A stretch of DNA of 64,000 bases from Bacteroidia bacterium (GCA_030431525.1 JAUIJC010000027.1:4132-68131), one strand, 5' to 3'; numbered from the stretch's first letter, positions 9,042 to 20,000 are shown. The notes: generated by a model from the sequence alone, not told the origin. Made by a program: numbers and translations.

Positions 9042-10373
9042 ATGAACCTACGTTTTACTCGATTGGCTTGGCTGCCATTATTTGCCATCCTGTTTTTAGA
9101 ACTTGGAGCCAATGCAGCTCAAGCGCAATGCAAGGAAATCGTTGGCTACTATGCCTCTTGGAAACAATACCGCAGGAATAGACTATTTGTTCCTGAGAAT
9201 ATTGATTTCAGGAAATATACCATCATCGAATACGCCTTCTATTACCCAGACGAGAATGGTAAAATTCAGATGACTGACCCTTGGGGTGATAGTTTGAACT
9301 TAAAAGTACCAGACAACAACCTTATTAGCCGAGCGCATGCTGTTGGTACTAAAGTAATGCTTTCATTGGGTGGTTGGACGCTTTCGTACACCTTCCCAAC
9401 TGTTGCTGCTGATCCTGCAAAACGTACCGCTTTTGCCCACTCCTGTGTGGATATGATTCGTGAATACGAATTTGACGGGATTGACATTGACTGGGAATTC
9501 CCAGGCGCCTCTCCAGGTAACGGCACTGAAGGCGGCCCTGAAGACACGGAAAACTTTAATCTTATGATTAAAGAAATTCGTGATTCTTTGGATGCTTATA
9601 CCGCCAAAAACGGTGGCAACCACCTCCTTCTAACTGCTGCCTTCCACACCGTTCCTGAACTTGCAGACAAAATTGACTGGAAAGTTGCGAACCAGTACTT
9701 GGACTACATCAACTGTTTTGGTTATGACTTCTACGGTGCTTGGGGTAATGTGACCAACCACAACGCCCCTCTTTGTCCTCCAAAAGTTGGTGCCAAAGGC
9801 GTAAACCAAGCTGAAGGTTTCCTTCTACTAACTGAGGAATACGGCGTCCCCGCCGAAAAAATCATCCTTGGTATTGGCTTCTATGGCCGTTCATTCATCA
9901 CCAAAGGTGAAAATGGACTTCACGTACCAAGTGTACAAGGTGCTGTAGATAAGGCCAACTTCCCAGATGACGAAGGTTCTCCAGGTTACTACCATATCTT
10001 GGCGAAAGCTGGTGAGTACGAAATGCACTGGGATAGCACAGCCAAGGTTCCTTACATGATGAAAGGTAAGTCATTTGTATCCTACGATGATCCACTTTCT
10101 GTAGAGTACAAATGTCGCTTCATCAAGCACACTGGTGCTGCTGGTTGTTTGATTTGGGAGATTGAGCAAGACTTCGTAGAAACTGCTCCTGGGTCAGGTC
10201 AGATTCTGGCTACACCTTTGATTGACAAGATTAACGACGAGTTCCGCTTCAAATGTGATGTTACTGAAGTAGAAGGCGATCCTGATTGTCACTGTGGCGT
10301 TAAAAGCTTCAAGGAAAAACAGGAAGAGTTAGCTGAAAATACTGGAGAGGAAGCCGCTCCTGAGGAGAAGTAA
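9042..10373 (+). CDS. Secreted glycoside hydrolase family 18 (chitinase-like) protein
   Basis: Signal peptide MNLRFTRLAWLPLFAILFLELGANAAQAQ. The GH18 catalytic motif DGIDIDWEFP (DxxDxDxE) is present. The C-terminal tail is acidic and Cys-containing. Confidence 0.85.
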   Translation: MNLRFTRLAWLPLFAILFLELGANAAQAQCKEIVGYYASWKQYRRNRLFVPENIDFRKYTIIEYAFYYPDENGKIQMTDPWGDSLNLKVPDNNLISRAHAVGTKVMLSLGGWTLSYTFPTVAADPAKRTAFAHSCVDMIREYEFDGIDIDWEFPGASPGNGTEGGPEDTENFNLMIKEIRDSLDAYTAKNGGNHLLLTAAFHTVPELADKIDWKVANQYLDYINCFGYDFYGAWGNVTNHNAPLCPPKVGAKGVNQAEGFLLLTEEYGVPAEKIILGIGFYGRSFITKGENGLHVPSVQGAVDKANFPDDEGSPGYYHILAKAGEYEMHWDSTAKVPYMMKGKSFVSYDDPLSVEYKCRFIKHTGAAGCLIWEIEQDFVETAPGSGQILATPLIDKINDEFRFKCDVTEVEGDPDCHCGVKSFKEKQEELAENTGEEAAPEEK

Positions 10374-10398
10374 GCTTCTTGAAATATTACAGATTGAT

Positions 10399-10430
10399 AA
10401 ATCCCCTGCCGATTGGTAGGGGATTTTTTA
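10399..10430 (+). terminator. Intrinsic terminator after the GH18 gene
   Basis: aaatcccct-gccgattgg-taggggattt followed by a T-run. Confidence 0.75.
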
Positions 10431-10494
10431 TTGCGCTAAATATTAGAGAAACCGAGACGGAATTTGAAAAAACTGGAATGGACTCTCTTTGCTA

Positions 10495-10725
10495 AGAAGA
10501 TTTCGCCCTTTCAGGGCTATTGGTGTTCCTAAATTGCACAAAGACAAAGGACTTTGTCCTTTGCTAGTATATTTCGCCCTTACAGGGCTAGTACTCTACC
10601 CTATAATATTTATCAATGATTCAGAACTGGTAGGCTTACTTTATAGCGTGTTGTTTTTGCCATGGATAATGCGATGTACAAAGGACTGAAGTCCTTTGCT
10701 GAGGAGAAACGCCCTTACAGGGCTA
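10495..10725. repeat. Cluster of short modular palindromes: module A (GCCCTTACAGGGC) x3 alternating with module B (CAAAGGAC-N3-GTCCTTTG) x2
   Basis: A at 10505, 10575 and 10710; B at 10546 and 10679. It lies between the terminators of the convergent GH18 and mlaD genes. The listed 66-aa ORF here (…LVYFALTGL…) is built from these repeats. Confidence 0.8.
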
Positions 10726-10810
10726 CCAGTAGAATAATCTATAATAGCTGGTATTCTTAAATTTGAATTACAGCTATTGATATAGGATAGGTTCTTGAAA
10801 TTTCAGGCAA

Positions 10811-10839
10811 TAAAAAAGCTCACCAAAAATGGTGAGCTT
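10811..10839 (-). terminator. Intrinsic terminator after mlaD
   Basis: agctcacc-aaaaat-ggtgagct with a T-run on the minus strand. Confidence 0.7.
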
Positions 10840-10883
10840 GATATTCGTTGGGGTCTAAAACCCAGTATTGATGCTGTAGGAAA

Positions 10884-11942
10884 TTACTTATCCTTTTTGG
10901 CCTCCTTTTTTAGACGCTTAACCTCCTCTTTCTCCAGCTTTTCCTGATATTTTTCCTTTGGAGATTTCTTCTCAAAAACACTGACATCCACATTCACATA
11001 ACGCTCTGGATTGGCCTTCATGTCAGCGAGCAAATCATTAAGCTTGATGGTAGCATCCTCAAGGTTCTGATAAACCGCTTCATCTTTCATTAGCTTGCCA
11101 GCAGTTCCTTCCCCTTTCTCAATGCCTTCTAAGACACTATTAAGGTTTGTCACAGCAACTTTAGCCTCAGCAACTGTCTGAGTCAATTGCATATGGTTTA
11201 GAGTGTCTCCGAAAGCTGTGTATTCCTCAAGCAAAGGATCCATTTTCTCTACCGTACCATTAAGCTTGACAATTAACACATTTAAGTTTTGTGTCATTAA
11301 GTCAATCTTCTTTTGGTTTTGCGCCAAAATCAAATCAACTCGATTTGAAGCTTTTGCAAGTTCAGCCGTCATCAGCTCAACGTTGGAGAGGATTCCGCGA
11401 ATATTCTCACGCGTGGTATCATTAATGGTTGCCAACACGGTATCAACACGCTCCACAACGGGCATTGCCTTAGCTTGAAGCTTCTCAGCAACACCAAGCG
11501 CCGTCGAACCAGAGATTGTTTCACCTCCTTGATAGACCTCAGTATTTTTCCCCATTTCAAGAGCGATTTCCATCCCTCCCAAAAGGCTCGCACTGTTCAA
11601 AATGGCTACAGTAGCATCTCCCACGTCAATGCTCTCGTCCACGGACAAGGTCACCTTCATGTGATAAATACCTGTTTCTGTCATGATAGGTTCGATAGCC
11701 TCAACCCTTCCAACTGACAATCCACTGGTGGTTACAGGATTACCCTCAACCAAGCCACTGACATTGTCATACACCACATAAAATGTATCCTTGGAGGACA
11801 TAAAGTCCCTGCCCTTCAAAAAGTTGAAGCCAACATACAGAATGGTACCACTGATGATAGCCAATAAGGCTACTTTAAATTCCTTTGTCAAAACACTCAG
11901 AAATTGATGAATACGAGCTTCGAAGTTAGCAAAAGGAATCAA
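10884..11942 (-). CDS. MlaD/MCE-family outer-membrane lipid asymmetry protein
   Basis: An N-terminal TM (VALLAIISGTILYVGFNFLKG) is followed by MCE-domain-like sequence (VVYDNVSGLVEGNPVTTSGLSVGRVEAI) and a long helical C-terminus. The start is uncertain: it is a TTG at 11942, with other candidates downstream. Confidence 0.75.
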   Translation of the reverse strand: MIPFANFEARIHQFLSVLTKEFKVALLAIISGTILYVGFNFLKGRDFMSSKDTFYVVYDNVSGLVEGNPVTTSGLSVGRVEAIEPIMTETGIYHMKVTLSVDESIDVGDATVAILNSASLLGGMEIALEMGKNTEVYQGGETISGSTALGVAEKLQAKAMPVVERVDTVLATINDTTRENIRGILSNVELMTAELAKASNRVDLILAQNQKKIDLMTQNLNVLIVKLNGTVEKMDPLLEEYTAFGDTLNHMQLTQTVAEAKVAVTNLNSVLEGIEKGEGTAGKLMKDEAVYQNLEDATIKLNDLLADMKANPERYVNVDVSVFEKKSPKEKYQEKLEKEEVKRLKKEAKKDK

Positions 11943-12030
11943 ATAAATCCCTGTTCCTCCTTACCCTTGTTTGAATCCAAGGGTAAGTTTCCTTGAGTTT
12001 CAGAATACTTCTTACCTCAACTAGCTCAAA

Positions 12031-12076
12031 ACAAAGAAAGCCCTCCATGTTCTATACATAAACACGGAGGGCTTTT
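12031..12076 (-). terminator. Hairpin after the amidase gene
   Basis: aaagccctcc / ggagggcttt, a 10-bp stem with a T-rich tail on the minus strand. Confidence 0.55.
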
Positions 12077-12097
12077 GATGGCTTTATTTTGGGACAA

Positions 12098-12898
12098 TCA
12101 ATCCAACTCTTGCTTGTATCCTTTCACCGCTCGGTAGATCCCCGAAGCCAATAATACCTGATTTGCCTTTTGCTTCAAGTAACTTTCTTCGGTTGAGTTT
12201 GTCAAATAGCCAACTTCAACCAAAACACTAGGCATGTTGGTTTCCCACAACACTAAAAATCCAGCTTGTTTGACCCCACGAGCAGGACGCTTTACGCGAA
12301 CTTTAAAATCCTCATTGATTTTATCAGCCAAGTTAAGGCTCAACTTTGAGGATGCTGTATTAATCTCATTGGCGCGAAGGATATAGCCAATGTCGGAATC
12401 TGGCTCGAAGCCATTGTATTGGGAATGATAATCTTTCTCCTTCCGAATAACACTGTTTTCACGTTTTGCCAATTCCAACTCCTGCTCCTCCTTGTGCATT
12501 CCTTCGGTATAAACCTCGGGACCTTTCACCCAGTTTGGGCCTGCATTGCAGTGAATGGAAATAAACAAATCGGCTTTGGCCTTGTTAGCAATGCTCGCAC
12601 GTTGATGAAGTTCGACAAACTTATCTTCCGTGCGGGTATAGATCACCTTTACGTCCTTAAGATTCTGCTCAATGATACGACCAGTCTCCTTAGCGATGGC
12701 CAAAGCAATCTTTGACTCATGCGTTTTACTCACTCCCAAGCATCCAGGATCCTTCCCTCCGTGCCCTGCATCAATCACTATGGTACGAAGCTTGATATCC
12801 GGCTTCAGGTCCAAAGGCGTGAAGGAGGCCAAAAAAAGGATTAAAGTACTTAAGGCAGTAAACAACACTCCCCGTAATCTTTTCCAAGGCTGTTTCAT
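12098..12898 (-). CDS. N-acetylmuramoyl-L-alanine amidase (Amidase_3 family)
   Basis: TIVIDAGHGGKDPG...DLFISIHCNA...GFLVLWETNMPSVLVEVGYLTN are the canonical Zn-amidase motifs. A signal peptide is present. Confidence 0.9.
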   Translation of the reverse strand: MKQPWKRLRGVLFTALSTLILFLASFTPLDLKPDIKLRTIVIDAGHGGKDPGCLGVSKTHESKIALAIAKETGRIIEQNLKDVKVIYTRTEDKFVELHQRASIANKAKADLFISIHCNAGPNWVKGPEVYTEGMHKEEQELELAKRENSVIRKEKDYHSQYNGFEPDSDIGYILRANEINTASSKLSLNLADKINEDFKVRVKRPARGVKQAGFLVLWETNMPSVLVEVGYLTNSTEESYLKQKANQVLLASGIYRAVKGYKQELD

Positions 12899-12957
12899 GT
12901 TAAAATGTCTTTGACAGATAGCGGTTGATTTTCAAACCCCTTAACAAGAGAAAAACA

Positions 12958-13090
12958 ATAACCAGAACCAGTCAGCTTGTTCTTATGCTCACTGTTTGCA
13001 GCAACTTGTTTTGTGATAGCTACGGCTATCCCTTCATCAACCTGCCACAAACAGCGAACAAAATAACTTCGCTTTGGTGGTTCAGTTTAT
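12958..13090 (+). repeat. 133-bp MITE-like long-hairpin element, copy 2 (stem partly degraded)
   Basis: Collinear with copy 1 (same termini and the same gatagctacggctatcccttcatcaac core). It ends 124 nt upstream of the lptD ATG. Confidence 0.85.
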
Positions 13091-13149
13091 TATTTCTCTC
13101 TTGCTTTTTAAATTTCAACAGAGAATGAGCGGATTTGACGGTATTCCCA

Positions 13150-13157
13150 TAAATTTG
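13150..13157 (+). promoter_or_regulatory. Candidate Bacteroidota -7 box TAAATTTG (TAnnTTTG) upstream of lptD
   Basis: Exact consensus match, 58 nt before ATG 13215. Confidence 0.4.
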
Positions 13158-13214
13158 CCAACACAAAGGTTAAAAATTTTGTTCAAACTGGAAACACGAA
13201 CACCAGCATCCCCC

Positions 13215-15854
13215 ATGGGTTTCACTCCGAAAAGGAGGCTACAGCTTTCACTATTTTCCCTCCTCACGCTGCTCATGCTTTCTCCTTTAACGAAAAGGAG
13301 TTACGCTCAAGTTGCAGACGACACTACCAAAACCGTTCCGAGCTCCCCTTCTACACAGCCTCGAAGCGATATCCAGACCCACATCAACTACGACGCAAGA
13401 GACTCTATACGTTTCAACGTCAAAGAGCAAAAAGTAATTCTCTACAAGGATGCTCACGTTGATTATGGAAACATGTCAATGGATGCCGATTTCATTGCCA
13501 TCGACTGGAACTCACACACTGTTTTGGCTACCTATTCGACTGATTCCACTGGAAAAAAACAGGGAATCCCGCATGTGAAACAGGGTGACCAAGTTTTTGA
13601 GGCGGACACGATTATTTACAACTACGAAACTCAACGTGGCTATATCTCCGGCATTGTCACCCAAGAGGGTGAAGGCTATTTACAGGGAAAGGGCGCGTTA
13701 AAGGATGAGTACAACCAGCTTTACATCAAAAACGGCAAGTACACGACTTGTAACAAAGCTGAACCTCACTATCACTTCCGCCTGAAAAAAACCAAGGTTA
13801 TCCCAGGTGACAAAGTAGTTTCTGGCCCTGTCAACCTTTACATTGACGAAATTCCTACCCCACTGGCCGTCCCTTTCGGCATTTTTCCTTTGGCGGAAGA
13901 ACAACAATCCGGGCTTATCATCCCAGCTTTTGGTGAGCAACGCGACCGAGGCTTTATGCTGACGGGATTGGGCTACTACTGGTATGTAAACGATTATTTG
14001 GGGATTAAGTTTCTGGGAGACATCTACAGCCTTGGCGGAGGTAAAATCAGGGTGGAATCCGATTATAAGAAACGCTACAAATACACCGGAGGCATTGACC
14101 TTCAATATGTACGAAACATCCGCGGAGAAAACCCATTTGGCTTAGAAAGCACCAAGGATTACCTCTTTAAATGGAATCACGCTCCTGTCAGCAAAAGTGG
14201 ACGCTCCTTCTCCTCTGATGTTAACCTCCAGACAACCACTTATAACCTAAATGGAGTGAACCAAGATGTTAATGATTACATAAAAAACAACATCAACTCT
14301 AATATCACCTTTACTACTCCCCTTGGAAAATATTTAAGGACAGCTATCAAGCTTCGACACAACCAAAACAACAAGACAGGCATCTATAACTTCACATTGC
14401 CTGATGCAACCATTTCAATTAATAGAATCAATCCTTTTCAATCTAAAAAACCTTCCGCAAAGAAAAAGACAGCTTTCAAATCCTTCTATGAAAGCATAAA
14501 CTTTTCATACACAGGAAACTTCAAATATCTATTTTCCAATGCCCCTAGCGTTCCTCGTTTCGACTTTGAAGTTGCAAATGAGGAGCTTTTCAAAGATGAT
14601 TCAGACACCATTGATTTTGCTGCCAGAAATTTTGATAGAATTTTTGATCGAGGTCAAGCAGATATGGTTCATAATATTCCCATTTCAGCATCTTTGAAAC
14701 TTTTAAAATACTTTAGTTTTAACCCTTCCTTTAACTATCGTGCATTCATGTACGACAGAAGATATGATTATGTGGCGAATCCTGAGGATTCCACAGTATC
14801 AGTATCACGGACAAATGGGTTTGCATTTGCCCAAGAATATTCAACTAGCGCAACCCTCAATACTACTTTTTATGGGTTTTATGGTTCATCAAAAGGAGCC
14901 CCTTTAATCCGACACCAGATTCAGCCAATAGCAGGTTTCACCTACCGCCCTGACTTTGGAGAAAATGAAAATTATTATCGGCAAATATCTGTAGGAGATT
15001 TTAACAGACGAGTAAGCCGTTTTCAGGGCCAAGGAATATCCACACCTGGTGCAAACAAACAAGCAGCATTAACACTTGAACTGAGAAACAGTTTTGAACT
15101 AAAAGTGCGGGACCGCAGTATTGAAGACTCTGTCGCCTATAAAAAATTAAAGCTCTTAGACCTCAACCTGAAAAACTCCCACAACTTTGCTGTTGACAGC
15201 CTCAGATGGTCTGATCTAAACTTTAATGGAAACTCCAGCATACTTCAAAACGCCATCTCACTTGGGTTTAATGGTTCTTTTGAACCTTATAGTTATCGTT
15301 TAGATTCAACAGGTACTACTCAACAAATTACTAAAGACTTTGAAGGAGGCCTTGGAAATCTTGAAACTGCCAGTATTCGCTTGACCACAGATTTTTTTAA
15401 ACTGGTGAATATCGCAACAAAACGGAAAACGAAGGAAGAGGATGCCGAAGACGAGAATGCCGAGGAGAAAAAAGAAACAGAGGCCAAGCCAAAAGAACCT
15501 TACCCTTACGTAGATTTTGATATGCCTTGGACCCTTAGGGTTGATTATACACTCAATTACAGTCAAGTTGGGGAATTGGAATCAACGGTAACCCAGAACA
15601 TGACTTTTACCGGAGGCATTGATTTGACTAAAAACTGGGAAATTAACGGAAGCGTCCAATATGATATCACCAACAACCGACTAACTCTTCCAAAAATTGG
15701 AATTCAACGTATGTTACATTGTTGGCAAATGTCTCTTGGATGGACACCATTTGGTCCCTACCAGCAATACAATTTTTACATTGGTGTAAATGCTTCCCAG
15801 CTTAAGGATTTGAAATACGACCGCAGAAAGAGTTACACTGGTCAAACCCTATAA
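13215..15854 (+). CDS. lptD: LptD/OstA-like LPS-assembly outer-membrane protein (Bacteroidota type)
   Basis: I moved the start to ATG 13215 (MGFTPKRRLQLSLFSLLTLLMLSPL..., a signal peptide). The track start at 13074 reads through a repeat element. The N-terminus is OstA-like (INYDARDSIRFNVKEQKVILYKDAHVDYGNMSMDADFIAIDW) and is followed by a large beta-barrel-like region. Lying divergent from an amidase gene is the usual Bacteroidota context. Confidence 0.7.
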   Translation: MGFTPKRRLQLSLFSLLTLLMLSPLTKRSYAQVADDTTKTVPSSPSTQPRSDIQTHINYDARDSIRFNVKEQKVILYKDAHVDYGNMSMDADFIAIDWNSHTVLATYSTDSTGKKQGIPHVKQGDQVFEADTIIYNYETQRGYISGIVTQEGEGYLQGKGALKDEYNQLYIKNGKYTTCNKAEPHYHFRLKKTKVIPGDKVVSGPVNLYIDEIPTPLAVPFGIFPLAEEQQSGLIIPAFGEQRDRGFMLTGLGYYWYVNDYLGIKFLGDIYSLGGGKIRVESDYKKRYKYTGGIDLQYVRNIRGENPFGLESTKDYLFKWNHAPVSKSGRSFSSDVNLQTTTYNLNGVNQDVNDYIKNNINSNITFTTPLGKYLRTAIKLRHNQNNKTGIYNFTLPDATISINRINPFQSKKPSAKKKTAFKSFYESINFSYTGNFKYLFSNAPSVPRFDFEVANEELFKDDSDTIDFAARNFDRIFDRGQADMVHNIPISASLKLLKYFSFNPSFNYRAFMYDRRYDYVANPEDSTVSVSRTNGFAFAQEYSTSATLNTTFYGFYGSSKGAPLIRHQIQPIAGFTYRPDFGENENYYRQISVGDFNRRVSRFQGQGISTPGANKQAALTLELRNSFELKVRDRSIEDSVAYKKLKLLDLNLKNSHNFAVDSLRWSDLNFNGNSSILQNAISLGFNGSFEPYSYRLDSTGTTQQITKDFEGGLGNLETASIRLTTDFFKLVNIATKRKTKEEDAEDENAEEKKETEAKPKEPYPYVDFDMPWTLRVDYTLNYSQVGELESTVTQNMTFTGGIDLTKNWEINGSVQYDITNNRLTLPKIGIQRMLHCWQMSLGWTPFGPYQQYNFYIGVNASQLKDLKYDRRKSYTGQTL

Positions 15855-15859
15855 ACCAA

Positions 15860-15895
15860 GAAAGCCTCCACGATGGGAGGCTTTCTTGTGTTTTA
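15860..15895 (+). terminator. Intrinsic terminator after lptD
   Basis: gaaagcctcc-acgatg-ggaggctttc followed by ttgtgtttt. Confidence 0.75.
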
Positions 15896-15969
15896 GAGTG
15901 GACGAGAGCTACCCTACTTAAGAGTAGGGCTGTACGCCCCACTCTGATATATTTCGCCCTTACAGGGCT
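15895..15969. repeat. Palindromic element D (agagtgg..ccctactt/aagagtaggg..cccactct) fused to module A
   Basis: aagagtagggctgtacgccccactctgatatatttcgcccttacagggct has a ~94% identical copy at 42111-42160. Confidence 0.8.
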
Positions 15970-16021
15970 TCTAGGATTAGATTACAGATGGCTCTCTGTA
16001 CTAAGTTGACAATCTTGGATC

Positions 16022-16825
16022 TTACCCCCTTCCAGCCTCTACGGCCTTGCGTACTGAGCCGTACTTGAGCAGCAGTTCATTGGCATCCTCATAGGAAACA
16101 CCCAATTCGGCCTGCACCATTTTTGTTCCTCGATCGACGAGCTTCTCATTGGAAAGCTGCATGTCCACCATTTTGTTTCCTTTCACATGCCCCAAGCGAA
16201 TCATTGCCGATGTTGAAATCATATTGAGCACAAGCTTTTGAGCCGTTCCAGACTTCATTCGTGTACTTCCTGTTACAAACTCAGGACCTACTACCGCTTC
16301 GATCGGGAACTCAGCCTCCTGCGCTACTTTTGAGCCTTCATTGCAAACAACGCAAGCGGTTAACAGTCCCTTAGCTCTGGCTTCCTTCAAGCCACCAATG
16401 ACATAAGGCGTTCGGCCAGAAGCGGCTATGCCTACCAAACTATCTTTCTCTGAAACGCCATAGACCTCCAAATCCCTCCAAGCTTGCTCAGCATCGTCCT
16501 CTGCGCCTTCTACAGCCTTTCTAATCGCTCCATCACCACCAGCAATCAATCCTACCACCAAACTTGGATCAGCTCCATAGGTTGGTGGAATCTCTGAAGC
16601 ATCCAGAACCCCCAATCGCCCACTTGTGCCAGCGCCAATATAAAAAAGCCTTCCTCCCTGCTTCATACGCTCAACCAATCGCTCTACAAAAGCAGAAATT
16701 TGGGGAATCACCTTCTGTACTGCCAAATGGACTTTTGCATCCTCTGCGTTGATGTTTTGCAACAGTTCATCGGTTGACATTTCATCGAGCTTCTCGTAAA
16801 GGGATGAGGATTCGGTTGTGGACAT
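16022..16825 (-). CDS. murQ: N-acetylmuramic acid 6-phosphate etherase
   Basis: 267 aa with SIS-domain signatures: GRLFYIGAGTSGRLGVLDASEIPPTYG and TGSTRMKSGTAQKLVLNMIST. Confidence 0.9.
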   Translation of the reverse strand: MSTTESSSLYEKLDEMSTDELLQNINAEDAKVHLAVQKVIPQISAFVERLVERMKQGGRLFYIGAGTSGRLGVLDASEIPPTYGADPSLVVGLIAGGDGAIRKAVEGAEDDAEQAWRDLEVYGVSEKDSLVGIAASGRTPYVIGGLKEARAKGLLTACVVCNEGSKVAQEAEFPIEAVVGPEFVTGSTRMKSGTAQKLVLNMISTSAMIRLGHVKGNKMVDMQLSNEKLVDRGTKMVQAELGVSYEDANELLLKYGSVRKAVEAGRG

Positions 16826-16889
16826 AGTTGAAAGGAATTTTATTGATTAAAAACTTTTAACGGAAACTGCCATCAGATTAATGGGGACT

Positions 16890-16946
16890 TTGTATCAAGT
16901 ACAATGAACTCAGCCAGTGACATAATACACGATACATTGTACAAAT
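16890..16946. repeat. Period-7 array pair (GTA-phase heptamers), looser copy
   Basis: The left arm is TTGTATC AAGTACA ATGAACT. The right arm is GACATAA TACACGA TACATTG TACAAAT. gtacaatg and cattgtac are complementary. Confidence 0.6.
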
Positions 16947-17051
16947 GTCCAGTAGTCTGAACCGTCTTAACGAAAATAGAACGCCAGCCGATGGCAACAA
17001 AAAAAGCCACCCCGTTTTGGAGTGGCTTATCAAATATTTGTCTGTGACAGC

Positions 17052-20000
17052 TTAACGCTTCACGAATTTTTCGATGCGAATATTACCCGCTTGCTCCATC
17101 TGAACAAAGTAGGTTCCCGCAGGCAGATTAGAAACATCAAACTGACCATTGGAAGAAACAGCAAGCTCCTGTCCAAGTCCGTTCAACAATCGAACATTTA
17201 GACCTTCAGCACCTTCCACAAACAGTTGCTCAGAAGCTGGGTTTGGATACAAGGTCAATGATTCTGAGTTCAACTCATCCTCGACAGAAGTACAAATATC
17301 AATGTCAGTAATGATTGCATCAGAAGTTACCTGAACAGTCTGACAAGTTTCAGCAACTGTCAATTGACAAGTCACCGAAGCACCATCTTTCAAGGAAGAG
17401 CTTGAGAATGTTGTTCCAGAACCTGTAGCCACGCCATCAACCCTCCACACAAAGCTTGGGCTTGTGCCTTCATCCACGGCAGTAGCCTCGAAAGTCAATT
17501 CAGTGTTTTTACAAACAGGGAAGCTTAAACCTGTAGCCAATGCAATGTCAATGGATGGATTTCCTTTGGCAATCACTTCAACCTCTACCTCGGTTGCTCT
17601 TGCCTTGGATTGCGTCACACATTCCAATGAACTTGTCATCTCAACGGTCACCACATCTCCATCTTCCAAAGCACTCGTAGAGAATGCTGTTCCATTCTCC
17701 CATGCAACATTGTTCACCAACCATTGGTAGGATGGAGCGTTACCACCATGAGCTGAAGAAGCCACAGCAAAGGTTACTTGCGATCCCTCACAAGAAGAGG
17801 AAGACGTTGGGGTGATTGCAACGGAAGGAGTTTCTAATGGCGTTACAGCAATTGGCTTCTTACCAGAGGTAGCCTGATTTACTGTCACACAAGTAGAATT
17901 GCTACTCAATACTACATGAACCTCATCACCATCAGCCAAAGAACTTGTTGTGAATGTGTTTCCATTTAATCCACTTTGAAGTAGACCATTAACATACCAT
18001 TTATAACCTGGGTTGGCCCCTGCATCAGAAGGATTTGCTGTAAAGACAACAACCTCGTTAGCACAAATGGAAGTCTTATCTGCATTAATAGAAACTGAAG
18101 GCGTTAAGCTTTGATTTACAAAAATGACTAGCTCATTCGAGGTTGTTGTAGTGGTAGAAGCACACGCCTCATTTGAGGTTACTACACAAGTCACCTCGTC
18201 CCCATTACTAAAGTCTGAAGCACTAAAGCTATTTCCAGTTCCCTGGTTTACCCCATTCACTTTCCACTGATATGTTGGCGCCGAACCCACATATTCTTCA
18301 GAGGAAATCGAGAAGCTTACTGTTTCACCTTGACAGATATCCTGCGAGGTAGCCGCAATAGTTAATGAAGGGACAATGTCTGGATTTTGGCTCACCTGCA
18401 CATAGGCTGACTTTGTTTCAGAATAAGTGCCATCAACCGTCAAGGAAACTGTTTTATTACCAGTAGTGGAATAGGTTACAGTATGAGGTCCAATGCCTGT
18501 TGCGGATTGTGGAATAGCACCAGCACCAAAATCCCACTCGTAAGAAGAAGCATCCCCAGTAACATTTGCTGTAAAGGTTACACCCTGACAGTTGTACAGA
18601 GTAGTCACATCAGCAGCGAAATCAACGGTTGGCTCCACGAATTGCTTGGAGACCTTGAAGTAATCTATTCCCAAATCCCCTTCATTAAAATAGAGTCGTA
18701 AAACGTGCTGACCTTTAGGAAGATCTATACCCTGAATTTCGGTATCTGCATAGGTTTCCCAAGAGTTAGTCTGTGGACATTCAAATGCTGGAATTACCAA
18801 GCTTCCATCTAAATAGACAGAAATTTCGGGTGGATTAGCAGTATATGCACTTGCAGTACGGAAAACAAAATCATACAAGCCGTCTTCCTCAATATCAACG
18901 GTATATTCCAACCACTCACCACCTACAATCCATCCTACACTATAAATACCTCCATCCAAACCGATATCAACTGCACTTCCTTCCTGACGATAGGGGTTTG
19001 TGGCAGGATCCCAAGGATTGTTAATTTCATGAAAGGCAAGCCCTTCACCTCCTTTATCATAATCCTCAACCTCAATCTGACCTGGAATGGCTAATGGTGT
19101 ACCAAAGAATGGCTCTTGAACAGGTCCAGTTACCTCATTGACAACAACCTCCACTGGATCACTCCAAATATCATGGGTTTGTCCAGCGATATAAACTTGG
19201 TATTCTCCTGAATGAGAAACTTCGGCAGGGTCGACTGTAAAAGTGGATGAGGTGGCTCCTGAAATCGCTTGACCATCAAAATACCATTGGTAAGTCAAAT
19301 TAGCTTCAGTGTCGCTGTAAGCCGAAACAGACAATGTAAACTCCTGACCTTCATCTAAGGTTTTATCAAGAGGCTGCTGTGCAATACAAATCTCAGGACA
19401 ACCAACACCAGCAGGTTCCTTTAGATAAACAACACCTTCATGAGGAAAGACATTGAAACTAACGGTGTTTCCACTAATGGTAAAATCAGTAATCGTTTGA
19501 CCTCCTTGGGTAATCTCATCCAAGGCCACCAAATTGGAAATATCCACATTGATGGTAATTGGACACTTAACCACCAACGGCGAAAGGTAATTGGCAATAT
19601 TCAGGGACGGTGTGTTCCAGTCAACAACGATTTGACCGTTTGCTGATTCATAATTTGCAGACGGCACATAGTGGAGTTTCTGGACCTGATAAGTCAGGAT
19701 TTCAGATACTGTTCCAACCCACAAATCCCCACTGGCCATTTTTTGCTTCACATAATCCAAGTGGTCGGCATAAGCCTGAACGGTCACATGTCCCCAACCA
19801 GAACTACCCACATTGTGCAACTCGCGGTTCGCCCATTGGTTGTATGCAATGGCATTATCCACCTCACTGTTCAACACATTCGTTTGTCCAGCATCAGAAA
19901 GATTTGCGTCGTTATTATCAAAAACCTGTACAGATGTACGGAAATAACCATCTATATCAGGACGGAAATTATGAACATCATTCGCTTCATAACCGTCAAA

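Noticed and set aside
10489-10689. 66-aa ORF (MLRRFRPFRAIG...LVYFALTGL...)
   Set aside because: It is made entirely of the A/B palindromic repeat modules, between two terminators of convergent genes.
13074-13214. N-terminal extensions in the track: lptD from 13074, argS to 52076, GNAT from 63260, GT2 from 57360 and hemY from 55903
   Set aside because: The extensions read through repeat elements or heptamer arrays and lack family similarity. Internal ATGs give canonical N-termini or signal peptides.
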